A DNA stretch of 60,407 bases, filler included, from Sphacelaria rigidula (taxonomy: Eukaryota): NCBI GenBank assembly GCA_964200075.2. It is 5 parts of 5 records of this genome, joined end to end, with 100 filler letters (N's around TTAATTAATTAA, not from the genome) between each part and the next. Parts side by side here need not be neighbours in the genome. Positions count along the whole stretch, not along the records: positions 36,307 to 48,307 come from CAXNAA020004248.1; positions 48,408 to 60,407 come from CAXNAA020004249.1; 3 more parts are not named here. One strand, written 5' to 3'. The position numbers and the translations under genes were made by a program. Positions 39,601-51,224 of the stretch are shown in pieces (positions within the stretch are counted from its first letter, which is position 1; each line of letters opens with the position of its first letter). Under the pieces are notes generated by a model. That model did not search any database. It saw nothing but the letters and a program-made list of their open reading frames with translations, and was not told the origin of the DNA.

Positions 39601-42600
39601 CACAATCATGCACGCTCGCTACGCGCTCGTGCGTGGGTAGCAACGTCGCCTAGCGGGGAGAGAGCGGGTGATAGGTCCATTTTGAAAGCTTGCAAACAAA
39701 ACTAGCTACTTGCAGGGGCATGTCACCATGGTTCTTCCCGGCCAAAGTGATCCTACTCCTCGGGCTTTCCTTCAACCACATCAGCGAGATACGTTTCCCT
39801 GCCCAGTGCTATACCTTGAGCTGCTTGCCCAGATCAGATCGGCCGGCTCCCGCCACCATCTCGTAGAGAATGTGAAAGTTTCGCTCTCCCTGTGTTGGAA
39901 GATGACCGTTAACATACCACGTCGAACAAAACGCGCGGTAAAAAAAGACGAGGAACAGAGTAATGGGTGAGCCAACTATTCCTCATCCTACAAACAGATT
40001 GAGGGTATGATGTACAAAACGTTCTTCACACCTTTTGACCCATCACTCAAGGGGGGGGGGGGGGGGGGGGGGTTTTCTTTCTGAAAACCCCCCCCCCCTG
40101 TTTTTTTAATATCAAGAACCCACCTTTGCGGAGGGGGNNNNNNNNNNAGTGGGCTCCCGGCTTGCCGGGTGTTTGCAAGAGAGGCGGGGGCGGGGGGCGT
40201 GCGACATATCTTTCTGTGACAACACCACCACTGATATTCTATTATCAAGAGCCCACATTTGCCGGAAGGGAGAGAGCACGGGACGGGACGGGACGGGACG
40301 GGGGGGTTCAAGGGAAGGGCTTCTAACTCCAACAAATTAGAGTGCCAGACGTGGTCAGACTTTGAAAAAACCATGTTCCTCGAGTCGGGGCAAGTATTTG
40401 TGCATTTTGCGTCACTTTCGTATGAGTCTACCGCAAGTCAGAGAGGTCAAAATGATGAACGATAGTGATGACAACACCAGTGAGGCGGCTGAGTTCTTTA
40501 GTTTCATGAAGACCGCGCCGCACCGACGAGTGTGCGCATAGGGGAAAAAACGTACTGGTTACGCAAATGGGAACACTCCTGCAGCTAATAGGCGGCTCGC
40601 AGGTAGGTCGGCTCGCAGGTAGGTACCTCCCTATTGCTTAGTAGTGGTTCCTGGGCAACATGTAAAATTGTGTCATATGCCCAAAAAATAGGGACAGCAG
40701 TGGCCGGGAGAAAGTGAAGCGGGGCATGGTATCTATGGTGCCGAAACTGAGGGATATGCCACCCTCTGCATCTTGAAAAAAGTTCCAACTTGAAATATGG
40801 CTCCGTTTCTTCATCTTCCATGATGAACTGGGCTGATGACGGCAAATGCTCGTCGTTCTCCCCGTAACCCTACAACGTTTCCCGCTCTCTGTTGTAGAGC
40901 GTGGACGGTGCGCACACTCAACACACACCCACGTCGACCAGGGAAACTGCAACCGGGGAAGCGCGGTAAGCATATCCTGCACATCACGTGTCACCAACGG
41001 CCGCATCACGACACCCACGCTGAAACAACGGATATCCACCACACTCTGGACAATGAACACAAATATAGACAATTGCTTCAGTATTAGACGTGGGGGAAAA
41101 CCTAACGATATACATTGTCGAGCACAAAAAACGAAGAGATGCATCTATTGATACGTTTCGTCAGGGACAATATATGTGTGCGGGAGTCGATCAATAGTCC
41201 ATGGCATATTGCAATGGATTGAAATCACTGGCCATCGATGAGCATCGCGTACCACAAAACATGCTGGGATGTATTTATCGATGGCCATGGCCGTAATCAA
41301 GATATTTGGTTTGTCACCCATCTATCGGTAGCCTTCGCCGTCACCAATAGATTCGGTGAACAATCTATCGATAGCCTCTGCCGCCAACAATGGATTCCGG
41401 GGTATTTATCAATTTAGCCAATGACGTTGACTATCGATTGATTTGGGGAGCATCTATCGATAGCCAGTGACGCCAACGATAGGTTTTGTTGAATATATTG
41501 TTCACGATAGTATTAATAGTCTGATCACATCGACGGCAATACCACTCACACCTTAATTGTCTCATGTCCACCAGAGGGACAACCATGACTCCAAACACCA
41601 CATCAACAACAAAATTCGCAAACTGTTGTTCACACATCTTGCCGATTCCGACAATATACAATCGTCCCAAAAATTAAGAACCGTGACGTCATAAATTCAC
41701 AAGTGATATCATATATTTCACACAAAAAAACTCGTAAGCTTATGTTCACACATGTTGCGAATTCCTTCCACATAAAATCGTTCCAAAATTTTGGAATCGT
41801 GATGTCATAGTTTCACAAGAAGTGTCTACCTGTGGCTTCTCTACTGTACTTCAACAGAGTATAACATACGCTATGCATATCATGTTGCAACGTAAGTGCG
41901 GCAATAGACGACGGAGGATTTCTACCGGGAGGCATTGTATACCGCAGTAGATGATGGTATGTATCTATCGCTACTAATTGCCATGGACAGATTTTGTACG
42001 CAATCTATCAGTATCAATTTCCGTCATCGATATATTTGGCATACAGTCATAAGCCATCGCCATCAAAAGATTTGGCACACCGTCCATCGATCGCCATTTC
42101 CGTCACTGATATATTTGAAAAACTATGGATCGATACATTCGGTCGGCGCTTTTAGTTTTCGATGTACGCCCACAACAGACTGCTGCCCGGACAAAAGTGA
42201 GGGAAAGGGGTCTTTCGATAGACATTGCCGACAACAATGGAAAGAGAACCTTGTCGATCGACAGCCATCACGGATGAGAATGCTGGCATCTACTGCGGCA
42301 GACTCTCTCGTTACTGCAATTTTAAACTTCTCATTGTTATTATAATTTCCGCATATTAGTCCCATCTCTCGAACCCGTGGTCACAGGCGATGCCGTCTGT
42401 TGTCCAGGGCGGATATATCCAACAATTTATCCATCCCTCCACTCCTCTTCACCCACAACACCTCAACGATCTACCATGTTCGCTCTTCAGTGAACCTACG
42501 CCGCCCCCCACGAGCTCGAAGCACCCACGACCATCTACACATACCTCTCCCTGCGCGAGCACGCGGCTTTTCTCCAGTAGGTACGGTTCGATAAACGCGC

Positions 42601-45600
42601 CGTCCAGACATGCGATTTCCCCCGTGGTGAATCGAAGCTTGAGGAACTTTCCGAACCTGGACGAGTTGTCGTTCCTCAAGGTCTTGGCATTACCGAACGA
42701 CTCCAAGATGGGGGATGACTCCAGCACTTTCTGCTCTAGCGCGGCGTTCGCAACGCCGGAGGAACGTCGTGCAAGATACCTGCTCGACGGGTCACAACGG
42801 TTTTATGTTATTTGCCGAAAACAATTATCAAGTGATGAGTGACTGTGATCAACCAACCACTCTGAAGTACATAGGACGACAGCGGGTACCAACATTTCGG
42901 ACGTGAACACGCTACCGACAAGATGATGACGATACACTCAAGACGTGAGGTATAATTCTGCACCAGATAGAAGTGAAATCTACATGGGGTATAGTGTTGT
43001 TTCGATCCAGAATAATTTCTTCAGAAATTGATGGAAATCGTCTGCTATACTCGTACAGCATCTGATTTTTGAGCTTGTCATTTCCGTGTGTTTGGGAGGG
43101 GAGATGATATACTCATTGGTTGCTTGGATAAGTCGTTTCACCATTGCTCGCGCTTCTCTTTCGAGACGGAGCACCGTTCCTATTCCTAATAGAGACACCT
43201 TTAACATTGGATGGGGGGGGGGGGGGGGGGGGAAGAAAAAATTTTTTAGAAAAAAAAAAAAATTTTTCCGGGCAAAAATTTTGGGGGGGGGAAACAACAA
43301 AAAAAAAAAAAAAANNNNNNNNNNGTTGGGTGTGTTAGTGGGGTGGGGGTGGTGGGGGGGGGGGGCAGTAAAAGCTTACTTGAAGTAAAATAAATCATTT
43401 CCGTGTCATCAATTCGAGTTGGGGACACAACCAAATAAACAAATAAAAACGACTCGGAATCTCGGAGCACATGGACAAGTAAAAATTTCGAAAAAGGAAC
43501 GAGTATGCAGCTCCTGCTGTACGAACGAAGTTGCAACGCGCACAGCCTATACCTATATACAACACAAGTAGGCATTGCCACTATTGATGATGATTTTGAT
43601 TGGTTGATTGATTGCCGCACATTAACTTACCCCCCCGGGATCCAGCCGTGGTCACGTGATGGACGTACCCGAGGGAAAAAAACTGAAAAAAAAAGGAACA
43701 AAAAAACTCGAAGAGGACGACGTGTGAAGGACATGAAAGAAAAAAGACAATCAACGTCAACAAGAGCAAAGCCGAGAAAGAATGACCTACCTGAAGAACA
43801 AAAAAAGAGTTAGGGTTCGGAGAGTCATCATATCGAAAAAAGACGTAGCACGCCCGTTACCCACCTCAAGATAATCTTGACCGTTTCCGTCTTCCCCGCT
43901 CCGGACTCCCCCGACACAACGATTGACTGGTTTGTCCCTTCCCGACCAGCCCCCATGCGCATTTGTCGGTACGAGAGCTGCACAAATCAGGGAAGGAAGG
44001 AGGAAGGATAAGGGAACGGGGGAAAAAAAGGAAATGTGAAGAAGAATCGGTCACTTCCAGGGGCAGAAACAATTTTCTCGTCATGAATGCCTTTTGTACA
44101 ATCCCAAGCAAGTGGCGGTCGTCTTCGGAATAAATTCCCGTAAATACCCAAGTACCTTTGGACTTGAAAAATATGTCAAAATAGTACGCACTGTCAGAAA
44201 ATTCATGTATTGGCGGTGACGCACCCACTGCCGCTGATACGGTCATGATACAATCAAACAGACTTGTCGGTCATGTGCCAGAACATTTGTTGCCACGAGC
44301 AAAGCGGGAGGTTTCACGCCCAGCGTTCATTGGGGGTTCGCGAATCGAGCAGATGTCGCTACACACGTCACAATACGTGTAAAAAATACTGATGCTCATT
44401 AATAAGAGTAGTCACCCATATTTTTTTTGCTGTGTTTCTTGTCGTTCTTGAGTTCCTTCAGCGCCCACGTCCTTCTGTTTTAATAATGAGGCGTGACAAT
44501 CCCGTGTACATTTGGAGTATGGCCGTTGTATGCGTTAATTCCTCCTTCATTACCCATGACAGCAGAGTCGAACGATAGCACAAGTTTCCACTCTTGGAGG
44601 AGCCAAATGCCAAGCATGGCAGTCCATAGCAACGGCGAGCGGGCGGTTGGGCGGGCGTGCGGGTGGGTTGACGTTTTGGGGGCGCGTTCTTCACACACAC
44701 GACGTAGCACTCCAAGTTGCCTCAAGCCAAGTCTCCGCCAACACAACCAACAGCTCAAACCCCAGCAGGTCCGTATCCCGCAGAGCTTGTCGTGCTACTG
44801 TACGCGGTGTACCGTTCTATACCATGATATTGAAATGTGCGTGGCAAAGATTCCACGGCCTCAAGCCCCCCTGTCTTACCTTCCGGTCAGACTAACTCTT
44901 CCGAACCGCTGAAAAATAGCCAGGTCAACGACTCAGGCCTGTAACGGTTCTATTAGTTCCCCAATATGGGGAGGAGTCTGATATCCAAATATGTCACTCC
45001 CTCCCTCCCCCCGTACACGCCTTGCAGCTCGATATCGCGCGTTCGGCTAGCCTTTGCCCATAGCGTTTACCGTCGTTAGACAATACTCGGCTTCTTACTG
45101 CTCATATCTTCACGCGGTCAAACAACAAAAATCAAATATTTCTCAAAAGTGAAGGGAAAACGTCTGTCGAGATTGAGACCCTCAGATATCCGTTGTAACA
45201 TCCCAACAGGCGTCAGCTGGGCCCGCTGGACCGCCGGGACACGGCCGCATTTTTTCCGTATCTTTGTACTCCTACTTCAGGCCTTCCCTTTCCTCCAGAC
45301 AGGCACATAGTTGCGAGGTATGACTCAAGGTCACTCCCTCGGCACAAGCCTAACCTTACGGCGTGGCGGATTGAATGAGCAACCCCGCATAGCATCGTCC
45401 CCAAGGGAAAAATAAAGCTCGTCACACATGGCCCAATCACGCCATTCGACGATAGAAATCAGGTACTTCTCCGAAGAAAAAAAACATGTCTGTCGGAATA
45501 GGGACCCTTCGTCTTCTTTAACATCTCAACAGGTCTTAGCTCGGTCCGTTGAACCACCAGGGCGCGGGCGCATTCTTTGTTCTCATAATACTTGCACTCC

Positions 45601-46019
45601 CCTCCTCTTCCTTGTAACGTGGTGTCGACTTTTTTTCGTCACACTCGTACGCTATAAACGACATGAACCGGACCCCCCCAACCACAAAAAAACAAACATT
45701 TGGACGTCTGCTGCTGGAAATTAAATTGAACTCCGTATGCGGTCCGCACCTGGTTTTTTCATCTGTGAAATTCAAACGTTCGGGGCATGGCAGTCAATGC
45801 AGAAAAAAACGTGTAGAAAATAAAAATGTGCGCTTCAATGGTCATTACATATTTTTCCGTGTTCGTGACTTTGGGATTGGAGGTGATGTAGTCGCACATA
45901 CATACCTCGGCGATGGCATACGGATGAGGTGTTTCCGGGTCGAGAGGCTTCTCCATGAACGACTCAATGCTGGGCGAGGGTACCGCCTTCAGCGGATTCA
46001 CAGCCAGCAATATTGTTCC
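36685..46019 (-). CDS. Myosin heavy chain, motor domain (partial, 9 internal exons)
   Basis: Phase-consistent GT-AG exons 46019-45906, 43977-43865, 42779-42545, 39889-39815, 39461-39324, 38855-38757, 38000-37836, 37005-36900, 36773-36685. They encode [16 protein letters not shown]-loop [16 protein letters not shown], switch [39 protein letters not shown], switch [14 protein letters not shown] and [14 protein letters not shown]. Both ends are missing. Confidence 0.96.
38079..38280 (+). repeat. Dispersed repeat, second copy at ~47881-48075
   Basis: atgattcgtctgga.atca.ttg...gaatcaa.cc.t.ggct...tcagc.tt.ca.cccaggtac is shared by both sites. Confidence 0.7.
41140..42300. repeat. ATCGAT-rich intronic repeat element with an internal ~118-bp tandem duplication
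   Basis: Dense (ct)atcgat(ag) motifs on both flanks. 41611-41703 is duplicated at ~41728-41819 (tgttcacacat...atcgt.ccaaaa...cgtga.gtcata..ttcacaag). Confidence 0.6.
43095..43208 (+). repeat. Dispersed repeat family (also 49258-49337 +, 59476-59590 -)
   Basis: Shared core gttgcttg...agtc.ttt.accattg...cgc....tttcgagacggagcaccg. Confidence 0.8.
43585..43810 (-). mobile_element. Diverged copy of the (AATC)n-tailed SINE-like family
   Basis: The minus strand reads a T-rich body, then tgaccacggctggat...gttaatgtgcggcaatcaatcaaccaatc. Confidence 0.55.
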
Positions 46020-46959
46020 CTGTTCAAACGGAGGGGGAGATACATGAGAGAGCGACGACATGGTTCAACACAACAGGATATTGAAAAAAAAAATACTTTC
46101 ATCATCGTGACATGCATTAGAGCTGGTGTCTGTCATCCGCCTTTTCTTCCCCTCCAGTTCCGTCTTCCTCAACTCCAAACGTTCAACGAGAATTTCTGCT
46201 TTGGCCTTGTTTACTTCAGGTATAGTACGTTCATCATGTGGATAATGACCACAACGGGATTCCTAGGGGAACAGGTGACGTGCGACAATGGATTACATGA
46301 ACTTACCTCCCCTTCTCAGAACGAGTCCTCTGTCTCGGGGCATCCGTTCGACCCATCCCTCCCTGGGTACCGATCTCGAAATTTATTCAAGAGGGAAGAG
46401 ACTGGATGACAATTGTTGCGATCAGCTAATGTGAAATATCAGTCAAATCAACAAAGCAATCACGTCCATTGAAAGTTCGCCGACAACTCGTCTTCTCACG
46501 ATTGAAAAAATAAACATTGAAAGCAACCATTAATATCGGGATTTCGGACTCGTCCTCTATTGAAAAACTTATTCACCACGAGTGTCTACCCCGTACCCGC
46601 CCACCTTTCAACATTCCCAAAACATCAACAAAACTGGCGACTGCGAGAATGTCTTGACTCAAAAAAAAATATATACAGGAACAAAATTAGCTCGCGATAT
46701 TCTTGTGAGCGACAAGAAAAAAAGATAGAGCTGAGAATTTGTACGTGAACAATGGTTGGTACTCGATTTTACTTGATTTTAGACTCAAAGTTCTGAGAAA
46801 ATTCATGGTCTGGGGCAGGTGAGCAGTCGACCCAGCTCGTTCAGAACGTGCTTTGGTTTAAAATCAGCTGAAAGGCGTCGATTTGAGCTCTAGCAAAGCA
46901 CACTGCCTAGGGAACATTCTGCACCACCTTCCCCAAGGGTTCTCGGTATACCTTGGTCG

Positions 46960-46988
46960 GGGTTAGGGTTAGGGTTAGGGTTAGGGTT
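46960..46988 (+). repeat. Interstitial telomere-like (TTAGGG)4
   Basis: gggttagggttagggttagggttagggtt, directly after a ccaagg...ccttgg hairpin. Confidence 0.85.
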
Positions 46989-48307
46989 GGTGGCATCTCC
47001 ATAGTACCAGCCTTGTTGACGTACAAATCCTCAGGTCGCCTAATAAACGGAGCTCGACGATTCAAACAATCAAGGCGTTTTCATCCACCGAATTGGCATC
47101 ACTTTTACGCTTGGAAAATTGAAGAAAATAACTGCCAGACTCGTGAAAATTCGCTTTCCGCTCAACCCTTAAACCGCGAAATTAGTCTTTCTGGATCATG
47201 CATACATTTTTCCACTTGAAATTGATGCCGATTCAACAGAAGACTAACTTCGCGGTCTGAGGGTTAAGGGGTCAACGCAGGACTCACTCTTCGAAAACGC
47301 AGTAGACGAACGGTTTCTCACCGACTTCACCTCCATCGTCGTATCTGATGTGGGAAAGTCTTTCGTAGCAAGTGTGCACGTCGCACAACATTGATCCCCC
47401 GCAAATGTCGACCAACAACTACGCGGATAAACTTCGTAGAAATCTCTGAAACTTCGGGTTTCTCGGGTTCCACTAATATCACCAAGTTCGATGACGCACG
47501 CATCGATCACATGCACAACTTCCCGCGAAGCCGAATCCTGCGGTGACGAATTAATCGCTTCCTTCCATTTTGCGCGTGTACGAATATACGTCATCATGTG
47601 CACATATACGACCTCATTCCTCTCCTCCTGATTTCGGGAGAATAACCCCCGACGGCACTCGGATACGCTCCCGTCTGACGAACGGCCCAATGCATCAACT
47701 AACGATTACTGAGAGCGGAAAATGCGGAGGTTGATTGAGACAAAGGTTTGATCCTTTAATCCGATGAGAAGGGTCATCTATTGATTTGGCATCATTCTTC
47801 ACCCGAAAAATGATAATTGCAAGACCCAGATGACGCAACCTGGCCACCAAGGGGAAAACTTGCAAGGGTCAGACAAATCAATGATTCGTCTGGAAATCAT
47901 TTGGTTTTAGTAAGACAGATTCGACTCGTACGAATCAACCCCTAGGCTGTTTTCAGCGTTGCAACCCAGGTACACGCAGCCCAGACACGCGGAATGGCGC
48001 AAAATTTTCGTGGATACCCCTTGGACCAGCGGTGAACTTTTTTCTCCCTCTTGGGCGATCAGGCCGAAGAAATTTGGTGATTCTTAGTCGTGATGATTCG
48101 ACCCAACCATGGATACTTGGCCATTGAGCGCGAGGTCGCATTTCGGAAAAATATCGCCTCGTCATCCTTAACGCAGACAAACCCGATGCAATACTTACTG
48201 TAGGTAGCTCCTCGTCGTGCGCGACCTACCCAACCTACCCCGCCCAGCCCCTCAACGCTCCCCCTCCCCCTCCTGACAACCCTCCCCCCCCAGCCCCCAC
48301 CCACACC

Positions 48308-48407
48308 NNNNNNNNNNNNNNNNNNNNNNNNNNNNNNNNNNNNNNNNNNNNTTAATTAATTAANNNNNNNNNNNNNNNNNNNNNNNNNNNNNNNNNNNNN
48401 NNNNNNN
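48308..48407. other. Artificial contig linker
   Basis: Same N/TTAATTAATTAA spacer. Confidence 0.97.
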
Positions 48408-50010
48408 CGCACAACATGATCTAGCTCGACCACCACCATGGTTACCGCAAAAAAAACTCAAGCGCGCAAAAAAGAATCGGTAACCTGGTTGCCTCGCTTA
48501 CGCAGTGAGTGGCGTGGGGGGCTATAGCTTGTAGCTTGAAGCTAGATGGCGAGAGGCCATAGGCTGCAATACCCTGTGTCCAGAGGCTGCAATGACCCAC
48601 TGCTGCGTCATGTATCATGAGTATACGTAGTGCGGACACAAAGGGTTGGCATATATACCATGGTATATATATATATAGATATGGTATATATGTCATACCC
48701 TTTGTGCGGACACGTTGTTTCGACAGGTGCTGCCGAAACAAAGAAAAGTTTAAACAATCGTCACGTGACAGCTGTACAGCTGTCTGTTGAGTGTTCTCTG
48801 CTACTTCAGTTATCGTCGGGGGCTGTGGTCGGAGAAGATACACCAGGCGGGTGCGCGCAGGTTGGGACATACAACCTGAGCCAGCACGCCGGAGCTGCTG
48901 TATCCTCGTTCATTGCCGGTAGCAGCTGTCTGTGTCGCAGCGGCGCAATGTGTAGACCAATCACAGCCGCTTTTCGATACCTCCTTCTCATATCTCTCAT
49001 CTGGTTGAAGAAAGGTCGCCGCATCTTGGTATATTTAAAGACTCTGATTGGTCGAGAAACCTTGCAAATCATACTCTTTGCCCCTATCTGTGGGCCCAGT
49101 GCCTATTTTTCAATCAAGCACATTTCTTAAAACTTCGAATACCCAAATTGTCGTCTTCCCCTCATGCTACTGCCACAACGCGACAACAAGGACGCGAAGG
49201 GGGCGCAGAAGGTACGCATATTTTCGCAGAAAAAAGGTTCAAGTGAGGCATAAAACAAGGGGGGGGGGCGTATTCATTTGTTGCTTGCCTTAGTCATTTG
49301 ACCATTGACCACGCATCCCTTTCGAGACGGAGCACCGCATAAAACAAGGGGGGAGAGCTCATTAAAAACTAAAAGTGAGGCACGTGTGAAAAGGGGTCCC
49401 GAATTATGAGGGGTGTTCGTGAAACAATATGCGAAAGGAACCATCGAGGGGGAGTCGCCAGCAACGTACACGAAGGTGGCACATGCTCGAAATAAATGCA
49501 CCTCACCTCCGGCACAGGTTTGAATATACACGGCTAGCCGCGAGAATATGTGACGGCTCGGAGACATACGGGGTGTTACACACTTCAGGACGTTGCCTAT
49601 CTAAACACGTGCTCGATTGCATGCCACATGGCGGTACTCACGAGATGCTTCGTCTCCGGGGTGCCTTTGGGTTGTGCTTCGCGTTCTCCAGTAGATTACG
49701 CGACACACCATACATACGCCTGCGAGAAACAACAATTGCAAACGTACTTCTCCGAAGCAATCATAGAGCCTTTGCGCGGCCCCAGCTTCTCGTATGGCAC
49801 CTGCCGGTGAACCCAGGCAAATCTCGCTGAAGACGTGGTCAACCTAGCGAAGTCCTGCTGTTCGAGCTCCAGCCGCTGCGCATCATGCATGCCTTTGATA
49901 AACTTTCCGACAGAGTCCAGTATCGTGCAGCAGCGGAAAGACATAGTCACCATCGTACAGAGGTCGGTTGGCCGCTTCAAGCACTTGGGACCAGGTGGAG
50001 GGGTTGCACA

Positions 50011-50310
50011 TTGATTGATTGCTTGATTCTCTCACATTAGCTGATTGCAACAATCCAGCCCATGGTCAGGAGCAACAAAAGTAGAACATAATAATAAAAA
50101 AATACAAAAAAAAGAAAGGACAGAAGCAACGGCCTCAGAAAGGAAAGAAAGGGGGCAGCGATAACAACAAAAACCACCACAACCACCACCACCACCACCA
50201 CCAACAACAACAAAATAACGACAAACACGAACACAAACACAAGCACGAACAAAAACAAAAAAAATACGATTATCGCGCATTATTACGTAGCTGATTGCAA
50301 CACTCCAGCT
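50011..50310 (-). mobile_element. SINE-like / non-LTR 3' end with (AATC)n tail
   Basis: Reverse-complement homologue of 28093-28411. Confidence 0.75.
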
Positions 50311-51224
50311 CCAAATCAGAAACAAACATGGGGTGGTGGCAGCTCCTGTTTTTCGGATGGAAACGTTGTCGACCGCCTCAAGGGGTGGAGTGTTCTGCAA
50401 AACGCGTGAGAACAGAAAGCGGCCGGCCTCGGTCAAGGGCATGGTGGGTGGCGCAGACTGCTGTTTACGCGGATGCAGGAAAGAGTAGCTCAGCTGATAC
50501 TGAGTTCGTGAGGGTGGACATCGGTGTCGAGTGGACAAGCGCATCCGCGCGAACCGATGCTCTGTCTTTACCACAATTTTGTTGTGGCACTTTGAAGTAC
50601 TGTTCACAGGGATACGGGCGTATGTACAGCATCGATCGAACCCCCCTTCGTCATCTGTACACGCTTAGGGGCATATAAACGCCAGAAAACGCATGATAGA
50701 TGGAAAATGAAATTTCGAGTTCAAATCTGTGCTTCTGTGGTGAAACTTCGGCGGGGCGAAGGTTTTCCAACTGCATGCCGTGTGTATACGGATAGTATTT
50801 AGGCGAATTGCAGCACCGGGGTTCCTGTGCAGTCTTCCTCGTGGGGGGACCGAACGCAACAGTACACATGAGACAGTCATGACACCTTGTCCTATCCGTC
50901 TTGTCGTGTCAACATCAAAGAACGTATGAGCGCTGTAACCTTCTGATTTTCAAAACGACGGGAATGTGAACTTGGGAGCACCCGCTTGTGCGGTGTCGTG
51001 TCCGCACGTCGCACCTTAGGGGCAAGATTGAAGATTTACCGGGATGTGCACCGTACGTGCTAATGCCTCAGCACAACGTACAACAACAAAAAAACGCCGA
51101 CACATCCGCCAACGCGTCCACCCCCACACCCCGCTCAGACCATTACACACCACACCCGTTTCATCCAGGCAGTAAGTAAGTCACAGCTAGCGCGATCCTG
51201 ATACTCGACCTGTAGTACAGTGAA

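Noticed and set aside
40050-40148. Long G/C/A homopolymer runs beside short N gaps (also 43210-43365)
   Set aside because: Probably low-quality read ends or gap-fill artefacts.
44940-45200. Possible solo LTR (tgtaacgg...tgtaaca) in a myosin intron
   Set aside because: Flanks do not form a TSD and there is no partner copy.
48198-48225. Possible upstream myosin exon (RARRGATY, gtaagt donor)
   Set aside because: Its phase does not join the 46019 exon in that reading, and it lies in low-complexity sequence at the contig end.
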